From Bugula neritina (taxonomy: Eukaryota > Animalia > Bryozoa), in the NCBI GenBank assembly GCA_964035545.1, contig CAXIUT010000118.1:1-18528 (forward strand): 18,528 nt of DNA. Reading direction: 5' to 3'. Below are positions 10,211-18,528 of the stretch, one piece after another (within the stretch, counting starts at the first letter, position 1; each line of letters starts with the position of its first letter). The notes below the pieces were generated by a model. That model had not been told where the DNA came from. It did not search any database and was given only the letters and a program-made list of their open reading frames with translations. Both the position numbers and the translations under genes were made by a program.

Positions 10211-12273
10211 TCATTAATGAGCCAATTTGCTAACTTCATAGTTGCCTCTACCATCAAATTTGATCATGTATTCATGATATTTGAAGAGACTACTTCTATG
10301 AGAGACAGTGAATAAAGTAATTCCTCGTTATTTTGCTTTCATATAAAGCTCAGCTTCAACATCCATACTCATAGTCGAAGTACATTCATCCATTATAGCG
10401 AATAAAGGTTTGTGGTAGAATAATCTAGCCATCGCAATTCGTTGTTTTTCTCCTCCTGAAAGAACATCTTTCCAATCACTCACAACATCAAAACCTTTTT
10501 ATTTGTCTTCTAAATAATCTAATTTGACCTCTCCTAGCAGCTCACGCATGTATTCATCACTACAAAGAGATAAATCTTTAGCATGAGGATAAATAATTTG
10601 GTCACGGAGAGTTCCAGGAGGAAGATATGGTCTTTGAGGAATATAAAAGAGTTTATCCATATGAGGACGTTTAAGAATTCCTCCAGCTAGTGGCCATAAT
10701 CCACTTAAAATTCTGAAAAGAGAACTCTTTCCACAACCATTCGGGCCACTAATAACAGTATTCATACCTCTATAAATCTAAAAAGAAATTTATTTAACTA
10801 AAACATCTCCATTAGGTGATATAATAGGGACTCTGTCAAACACAATATAGTCTTAAGTTTAAATAGTTTATCCCTTTTGAATTTCATTTAGAGAACTAGC
10901 ATGTTGAACTACATGTTAGTCAACAACTTGAGTTCGAACGAAACGACCTGTTTCAAGGTCTTTCAGGACTTCCTTCATTTCATAGATAAGAGTAGTGTAA
11001 CCAGCTAAATTTTGAATTTCTTTGTAAGAAATAAGGAGTTTTCCAATAGCCTTAGCCAAGTTAATCAGAAGAGAAGAGTTCCTTATATAATCTCTAGTAA
11101 GAGCTCCAGCATTATCTCCTACTTCTTTTTGATATTGTTCTGCTCTTTGTCCAAATACTGGTAAACCTAGAACTCCGTAACCTACCATAAAAGCTCCATA
11201 TTTTACAAGCATACTGTCAAAAACTCCCATATATAATTTTTTATTCATAATTCCTTCACTGTGTTTAATAAATTTCTAGATAATTCAATAGTTTACATGG
11301 AAAATATTGTTCATTCTTGTTTTTTCCCATTCATTACCTCTAAAAAAGGCAATTTCTTATGCATGATGAACTAAATCAGTTTGAGTGGCTCTGTACTCAC
11401 CTTCAAGTCTTTGTTAACCTGCTATTAGCTTTCCGAAAGGAGGAGATACTATCTTTAGAACTACTCCTGAAAGCAAATACCAAGAGACCACAACAATAGG
11501 TCCCATCCAACCCATAATCTAAGCAAGTTTCTTAGAAAATAGGATAATATCCAAAGATGGCTTGGTAAAGTTGGCATAGATAGTCGAAAGAGAGTTTGCC
11601 CATTTTTCGATATCTGCAGTTAGACGTTGATCAGGATTACTAATACGACTGTCAAGATTTCCTAACTGGTAAAAGACCATGTCCTTAAGATATGTTGCAT
11701 GGAAGAAGTTAGTGAGTCTACTTCTGAAATTCAATGCAAGTTTTCTATTCTGGAAGTCCAGGAAGGAGTTCACAAAGGAAGCAGGAATGGCAACCATTCC
11801 AAGTCCAATTATCTACTTTAAAATTTAAATTACTCTTTGAATGAAAAGAGAAAGGTTTCTTTCAACGATAGCATTTACTATACCTCCGTTAACTGTAGCC
11901 ATATAGATGCTGAGGAAAGTTCTTATCACTAAAAAGACTGTGAGCAGTAATAGATCTCCCACTTAGGTACACTTCCAGGAAGGAATAACTATGGCCACTA
12001 ATTTTTTAATACGTTTCCAAAAGATCCCATCAACGTTACCTTTTCCTCCCTGTATAAATAGAATGGTACCTTTTATTTCTTTTTATGATCTTTTTCTATT
12101 TTCGATTCTCTGAGAGAATCTACTTCAGGTTTTTTATTTTTGATATGAAGAAGGAAGGCGATGATGAGTAGGATGGTGGCAGAGACGAGTTTTCTTTTAT
12201 TACTACCTACTAGTAGCGTCTGGAGGGTGTTTATGGTTGAGGCTTGTTGAGCTACTTTAGAATGAACGGGCAT
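10211..12273 (-). CDS. Peroxisomal ABC half-transporter, subfamily D (ABCD/PMP70/PXA-like), 666 aa; introns 12050-12069, 11813-11833, 11276-11296
   Basis: [36 protein letters not shown] motif HAEEIAFFRG, Walker [17 protein letters not shown], signature LSGGEKQR, Walker [10 protein letters not shown] and TVSHR. Stop TGA 10213-10211. Confidence 0.95.
11276..11296 (-). other. Spliceosomal intron, 21 nt (GTAAACTATTGAATTATCTAG), contains an in-frame TGA
   Basis: GT-AG ends. Its removal eliminates the only in-frame TGA inside the ABCD gene. Confidence 0.9.
11813..11833 (-). other. Probable spliceosomal intron, 21 nt (GTAATTTAAATTTTAAAGTAG), frame-preserving with no stop
   Basis: Fits the intron consensus. 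Removal gives 22 residues from IV to the AIP proline, the spacing recalled for human ABCD1. Confidence 0.75.
12050..12069 (-). other. Spliceosomal intron, 20 nt (GTACCATTCTATTTATACAG)
   Basis: Joins the N-terminal exon to [23 protein letters not shown] in frame. Confidence 0.85.
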
Positions 12274-12402
12274 CAACAACTCCTTAAAATAAATCTATTG
12301 ATGTCATAGTAGAATGTTGCAAACTAATTGTCTATTCATAATGTTTCATAAGTCCAATATCTATCAAATTCATTTTAAATAGTTAGCATAAATAATAAAG
12401 CA

Positions 12403-15400
12403 TCACTTCAAGAGAGTTAAATTATCCTGAATGAAATGGTGAAGTTCTTTATCTTCATCTGACCAATCTTATTCTTTCTTGGATCTTAATCTTCCAATTA
12501 CTTCTTCCATCTTCTTCACTGCTGCTCGTTTAAATACTGTTGAAGTTTTTCTTAGCTAAAGTAAAGCTCTTAATTCTTAAATATCTGATCTTGGTTTATT
12601 ATTTTTAGCTTTTGGAGTAGGACTTGTTGAAAATTTAAACTTTCGAAGATCGCTTAATTGAAGAGTGTTGTCAGTCCATTAATGATAATCAGGATAAACT
12701 AGATTAAAATTAAAATACTTTTTTGATTTTGCCATTCTTTAGCAATCATTTTAGAATATTTAAGGATACTTTATGGTTTAGTTCCTGTTTTGCATTTATT
12801 CATCTCCATTCCACTCACAAATAATATTGACATTTATCTTATCCATTGAACAGATATTTTCAATTAGATTAAACTCTTATTATTAGTAGTTTGCTAAATT
12901 GATCAATAATTACTCTGACAAGTTAAAGAGGATAGTTAAATACACTTTTTTGAGTTCCAAAACTTCCACTTGTTCCAAAACTAATCACCTTTAGACTATC
13001 ATTCAAAAGATAAAAAGAACGAGCACCTGCCACTGCCTGAATAACTCTTACTTTTCCATCTTCTGTTTCGAGCATTTCAGGTGTATGCACAAAACTAACA
13101 TTTTGGTTAGTTACTTGCTGAAAGCAGTTGTCTCCCCAAGTATATACGTATCCTAATTTTGATTTAGCTACAGTATGACCTAAACCAACAGATACTGTTT
13201 CAATAATCTACTTGGATTGACTCAAAGATGTTATCAATTAGGGTTAGATAATATCTTTTTTAGAAATGGAACCTAGACCTAGTTGTCCTTTACTATTATT
13301 TCCTTTGCCATAAACAAGTCCTTGAGTTGAAAGGAAAAGGATAAAGTTGTAAGAAAGAGCTACACTTTTAATTGAATTTTTAAGACCTAAGTCAACTAAA
13401 GATAATTTCCATTCATTATTAGATTAGTTATATTGATATACTTTTCCTTCAGAATTTGTAAAAACTCTTTGTTTTCCTTTACAATTCATCTAAACTATTC
13501 TATTCTTTGTCAATTTATGTTATTCTCGCATTTAAATAAATTATTCTTCTCCATTTTTGATAAAATTGTCATAATTAAATCCCCAAACATAAAGATGACC
13601 TTCAGATCTGATTGTATAACCTGCTCTATCTCCAACAACAATCGATTGAGAATTGCCTGGCATATCCCATTTTGAAACTCCTTTCTCTTCAGAAGCATAA
13701 AAAGTATACATTTTTTATTTATTCGAAAGAATCGAGGTAAATTCTTATCCTAAACTTACGTGAATAGGATACTACCCTTTCCTTTTGAGATCTTCTTTGA
13801 TATCGGCATATTTAGCCAACCATTTTCCTGAATAGTAATTGGTTCCCATTTGATCGTAGTCTCCAATATATATTTGAATAGAATTTTTATCACCATGATA
13901 GATACATTAATTAATGATCCATTCAGGAAGTGTTTCTATTTTCTTAGCATATCGATTTAGAAGCTATCGAGGATAGTATTGCATTTTACGGGTGACTGTT
14001 TCAGGATAATATTTAACTTTATCGATATTAAAAGATGGTTGACAAAGAAGAGATAATTATTTTGCTTTGTGATATTCATCTGTGTAAATGTGTTTGCGAT
14101 ATTCTCTCCATAATCTGATCAGATAATATTTCTTGCGAAGATGTCTTCTGAATGATTTTTGAATAAAAATGGCTGCTTTCTTTGTTGTTAAATAACTTCT
14201 TCGGACTAACTTTCCTCGTGCTAAGGCTTGTATTTTTATTATTGGATTTTTATAGCAATTGAGAAGTTTTAGATATTTTTGGAATTTATGTTGGAAAATG
14301 GCTTGCATAAAGTGATCTCGATATTTAATTAATTTTAGTTTTTTTCTTATTTATTACATAACTTTTTTGAAAGTTCTACGTACTGAATATCCTTTCCATG
14401 TTTTTTGAATCATAGTAGCTTTTCGATGTTAAACTTATGTCCATCCACATTAAAATATATATTTAGCTATTTCTCTACAATTTCTTTCCTTAACATAACT
14501 GGCCATATTGATAAAAAACCTAACTTTAGATTGTAATTTTATAACTTTATTTCTGGTGGCTAAAAATTTTCTTCTTTCTTTTTTCATTTTAAAGAAAGCA
14601 GCTATTTTAGTAACTGATTTAGTTCCTTGTTCTTTTATTTTTTGAAGTCTTTTTTATAAAATATATTTTTTACATGCTTTTTGAACTTTTGTGCAGTTTC
14701 TATTCATGATCTACATACGAACTTGGGCAACTAATCCACACAGCTATCCCTTGAAAATAGCAATTTGCTTGAAGAAATGATTTACTTTTCCCCGAAAAAC
14801 TGAACATTGATACATTCTTTTGATTTTATTAGCGCATTGAATTCTCATTTTTCTTTTTTATTTTGTCATTGCTTCAAGATGATTAAGAGCAGATTCTTTT
14901 ATGAGAATTTTTTTATGGCCCATAAGAATTTATCTATTTTATAGCATAGATTTTGCATGTTTCATTATAAATTTTCTAGAGAAGTCTTTGAAGTCATCTT
15001 CAGTTTTTCCATCTTCAAAAGTTTTGAAGGCATAGATATATTGTTCAATTTAAAAGAACTTTTTAACAAATTCTTTGAAGGGACGTCTATAAATATATCC
15101 TAATTTTCTAATCAGAATAGAATCTAGTACTCCCAGATATCTTAAACTTTGTAGGACAGCTTAAGAATTAAAATTTTTAGATTATTTTTTACTATTTGGT
15201 TTTATACATCTCACAAAATGGCAATCTGAAGAATAAAGTTATTAGATAAGTTTATTCATGTCATTAAGAAATTTCGATCCTAAAAACTTCTTTGATGCAG
15301 TTCGGTTTTTATTTTCAGTTAATTTAGATTATCCTATTATGATTACTTTCAATATTTCATTTGGACTTTTTAGAATTACTTACAATAATTGTTGAGGAAA

Positions 15401-17318
15401 TTAATCTTTATTGCGGCTTCCGAATCCAGAAGTTTTGTATGTAACTGGAGAACAAGAATGACTGATCAAAAACATTCCTCTTTTAGATTTAGGAATTTAA
15501 ACGAAATTATTTGAAGGGTGATTATTTATAATTGTTTCAGGCAAACGTTCATCAGGAGTATTTAGCTATGAAAACTGATTGATCAAGTGAAAAATTCCAA
15601 GAGGATAGAGTTAAAATAGATCAATAACAGGTTTGTTATCTTGAAAACCAATATCATGTGAAAAATCTTTAAGTCCTTCTCTTAGAAATTAATTTTGCTA
15701 TTCTTTGAAAATATAACTAACATATAACTGTTGTAATTTTTAATTAGCAAAGTTGATAAAAAACTGTTAAAGAGAATTGATTTCCAAAACCTAAAATCCA
15801 AAAATATCCAATAATCCTATACTTCTTCTTGCATTTCTTGCACTTTCTTCTAGGCTGACTTTTTCTATTTATATTTTATCATTGAGTTTACTGACTAAAA
15901 AATGAAAAGTTTTTTCATATATATTTTTAGAAAATGAATTTTGAAGTGCAGTTGCCTACTAATACTTCAAAGGTGAACGAATGACGCTGCCTACTACGTT
16001 ACGAGTTTTATATGCAAAGCATTCCTACAAAAACTAAAGATTCAATTCAAGCAATTTGGCAACATGTATTAGATATTATTTATTTGTGACTACAGCCATT
16101 TACTAGTTATTTTTAGATAGTTCTCTTTTGAAAGTTAGATTGCCGATATTTAGAATAGCAGCTATTATGCTAAAAATGCAATTTGATTATGTCTAGCTGA
16201 AATAGCTTGAAAATTAATTTTGTACTTAGATATATCTCTATTAATCGCTTATTCCCTTTATGTCGAATACTGAAGATTGATTTACATATTTATATTGATG
16301 TATGGGTTTGGTTAGAAGAAAATCTTTCTTTTGTTCGGCTGTTGTTCCCTTTAAGAAGTAATAAAATATGTGGTAATTACGTTCTCCTTAGGCTATTGAT
16401 ACTATTCTACTTTTTTATAATAAGTAACTCACAATAAAAGCACTTTTTATGTCTGTTTGAATCTACCCGTATAGTAATAGTATTAGTTTACCAAAACGAG
16501 AAGAATTATCGTTTCTAATAGTTTTTGCATTTCCAAAAGCTTAAAGAATCTAGTTGCATCCTAGGATTTTATCTTATATTCCATTTAGTTTTGAGACTCT
16601 GTTTATATTTTTTAAAGCTTTACCAGGTAATACTTTTTGAGCTCTTTAAAAAGGCAAAGCTTTCATATTTTTACCTAAAGAGGCTAAAAATTTTAAACAA
16701 AACTTTGTGTTTTATGTTTTTCCTGAACCAGATTATCCACTAATAACAATAGATTGGTTACGATTATTATCAAAGAGTTGCCATAGACAAAAGGCGGCAA
16801 GACTATAGATATGAGGAGGCAAAGTTTTATACTAAAGATTATCTTGAAAGACGTAAGTTTGATAATCTAGTAGCAATTGCTAATTGAATAATTTTTAGAT
16901 AAGGACATAGGGATTGATGATAACCAAAGTGGGTCCTAAATATATCAATATATACCACAGTAAGTGAAGATGGTATCGTCTAGATAGCGTCTTTTGAGGT
17001 TATAGAGTAGTTCTGGTTAATTGAGTTATTCTAGGTCAACCATATCTGAGACATCATGTGTTCCGTATGTAAGTTTTTGGCAATCTTAATAAATGACTCC
17101 ATATTATTTGCTGCTATAAAAATGCATATCTTTTTCATTTTATTTCACTACTATCATTATTTATCTTGGGAGAATATTTGTGACTTTTGCTTAAAGAAAA
17201 GCATCTCCTGAAGGATTGGGTAAATTGTTTTTAGCTATTACCCATACGCTACGATCTATGTTATATCTTTTATACCTTTTTATATCCACTTTTCAGTGGA
17301 ACTCTAGATTTTATTCAT
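12403..17318 (-). CDS. Unconventional myosin heavy chain: SH3-like N-terminus, motor domain, several IQ motifs, RCC1-repeat tail, about 1611 aa; introns 17256-17275, 16936-16955, 12894-12913, 12699-12718
   Basis: Motor: LNEPELLYNLKRRY, INPY, PPHIY, P-loop [103 protein letters not shown]. RCC1-like: GHLYVWGFN, GLVYGKGNNSKGQLGLG, GHTVAKSKLGYVYTWGDN. The last two exons are less certain than the motor. Confidence 0.93.
12699..12718 (-). other. Probable spliceosomal intron, 20 nt (GTATTTTAATTTTAATCTAG)
   Basis: Matches the consensus. The spliced frame runs to TGA 12405-12403; the unspliced frame stops earlier. Confidence 0.7.
12894..12913 (-). other. Probable spliceosomal intron, 20 nt (GTAATTATTGATCAATTTAG)
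   Basis: Matches the consensus. Without splicing, the frame hits a TGA shortly after the intron. Confidence 0.75.
16936..16955 (-). other. Spliceosomal intron, 20 nt (GTATATATTGATATATTTAG)
   Basis: Restores the conserved myosin motif IFTYCGPTLVIINPY. Confidence 0.93.
17256..17275 (-). other. Spliceosomal intron, 20 nt (GTATAAAAGATATAACATAG)
   Basis: Links ATG 17318 to the myosin frame (KWIEKDRSVWV). Confidence 0.8.
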
Positions 17319-17424
17319 TATTTATTAGTCCTAAAACTTATTATTGCAACAAAAACTGATATATATCTTTTATCGTATTTTATATAAAATAAGTATAAAT
17401 TAAACATTAATAAATTAAAGTTAA

Positions 17425-18399
17425 TCACAACTCTTAGTCGGCTACTTCTAGCAATTAACTTGATTCAATTGGATCTTTAGAATCAATTACTTCAGCTATT
17501 TTCTATGATTTATTCGAATTAGATTAATTATTACTCTACTCCTCAACATTCTGAGTATTCGATTCTTTCTTGGAGTGCAAAGAATACATATAAACAGCTG
17601 CTATAACTATACAAACAAAATAAAAAATATATTTTATGATTTTAGACTCATCTTTATTTTATTTTAGCTAATGATGTTGTTCATGATTGGCATTTTTAAC
17701 ATGCATCCTATGAGTCTAGCTCTATTTCGTTTTGTTATTTTTATCATTTTATGTATTTTAATGATCTTTGACTTATGCTGGTATTTCAATTTAAATTGAT
17801 TGTTCAACTTAGTGTATTTATTTTTATTAATTTATCTATTTAGGTTATTATTATTTATGAGGCTATACTGGTTAAACAGGTATTGCAGGAATAGATTATT
17901 TATTGTTAACTTAAACTTCTTGAGAAGACAACGAAACATGATTGATTTACTATTATTTTGGGTTCAAACTTAAACAGGCTTTTTCAATTCTTTAAAATAT
18001 TTGAGAAAGAACAGGAGCAGGATAAAAGCCGTGAATCTATTCATGAAGTTATCCATTTTGATTAAGTATAGCAGTATAAGGAAAAGAACTACTTCTTACA
18101 TGAGTCCTGCAATGCTAGGGATACCATTGACAATTGAAATCATATATTTTGAAGCACCATTCTTTTTGATGTTTTAACTAATCAAAAGCAGCTTTTAAGT
18201 ATCGACAGTAAGGACAGTGAGGAGTGAAATATTTAACAAATTTGAAACAACTTTTATCTTGGACAATATTTTTGTCAAATTATTTATCGCTTATCAGTCG
18301 AGAATCAGGCATGTACCATTCTTAGCAGTGACTCAGTGCCATTAATAGTAGAATAAGGACTATGATTTTGGAAGTAGGATTCGTAGGTTGATGATTCAT
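17425..18399 (-). CDS. Type I membrane thioredoxin-domain protein (TMX/PDI-like) with CPYC active site, 324 aa
   Basis: Signal-peptide-like KIIVLILLLMALSHC, then FVKYFTPHCPYCRYL (compare PDI FVKFYAPWCGHC), second Cys pair FNCQWYPEHC, SFP cis-Pro, Glu-rich stalk, TM helix YIFYFVCIVIAAVYMYSL and an acidic tail. Stop TGA 17427-17425. Confidence 0.85.
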
Positions 18400-18446
18400 A
18401 AAATTATCCTTATTATTAAATTAATATTTCTTATTTATTTCATCTA

Positions 18447-18528
18447 TTGGGGTTGGGGTTGGGGTTGGGGTTGGGGTTGGGGTTGGGGTTGGGGTTGGGG
18501 TTGGGGTTGGGGTTGGGGTTGGGTTGGG
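18447..18528 (+). repeat. Right telomere, (TTGGGG)n
   Basis: TTGGGG tandem array to the last base, in the orientation complementary to the left telomere. Confidence 0.98.

Noticed and set aside
141-16743. Supplied ORFs 141-404, 1300-1494, 2178-2405, 4329-4517, 5527-5715, 9748-9984, 13433-13675, 13510-13698, 16207-16437 and 16525-16743 as independent genes
   Set aside because: They are antisense or off-frame to well-supported genes and have no motifs. They arise from applying standard stop codons.
4523-17275. Programmed ribosomal frameshifting at the frame changes
   Set aside because: Each frame change coincides with a GTA...YAG 20-mer whose removal restores the frame and, where motifs exist, their spacing.
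12403-17318. Standard ciliate code (TAR=Gln) or a split code with TAA and TAG meaning different residues
   Set aside because: Both codons map to invariant Glu (GESGSGKTE for TAA, DIFGFE for TAG). The single TAG at a usual Pro site (NxILEAF) is better read as a substitution.
319-18399. Reading the many in-frame TAA/TAG as pseudogenisation
   Set aside because: They fall systematically on conserved Glu positions, catalytic motifs are intact, and every frame shift is explained by a canonical tiny intron.
18519-18528. Variant TTGGG telomere units at the extreme right end
   Set aside because: They occur only in the last bases, so a homopolymer or consensus error is the more likely cause.
1-18528. 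Linear plasmid, virus or mobile element, or a functional gene cluster
   Set aside because: There is no polymerase, capsid, transposase or integrase. The genes are unrelated eukaryotic housekeeping types with spliceosomal introns.

Overview
The window is a complete ciliate macronuclear minichromosome, capped by (CCCCAA)n at 1-75 and (TTGGGG)n at 18447-18528. It does not use the standard code or the common ciliate Gln code. In-frame TAA and TAG fall on invariant glutamates (myosin P-loop [25 protein letters not shown] and switch II DIFGFE; ABCD EAA motif; ALG13 NHQxE), and TGA is the only stop. This is the UAR=Glu code known from peritrich ciliates (NCBI table 30), so the supplied ORF track shows only fragments or antisense noise. 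Retranslated by hand, the molecule carries 10 intact genes spanning about 87% of its length: a VIT-vWA protein, two hypothetical proteins, a putative HTH protein, a GST, ALG13, a dual-specificity phosphatase, an ABCD transporter, a myosin with IQ and RCC1 tail, and a CPYC membrane thioredoxin. Two patterns stand out. All 11 inferred introns are 20-21 nt, GTA...YAG, with an invariant A six nt from the 3' end. All 10 stop codons are followed by T (TGA-T), often with backup TGAs. Gene models come from manual translation and motif recall; no database search or RNA evidence was available.
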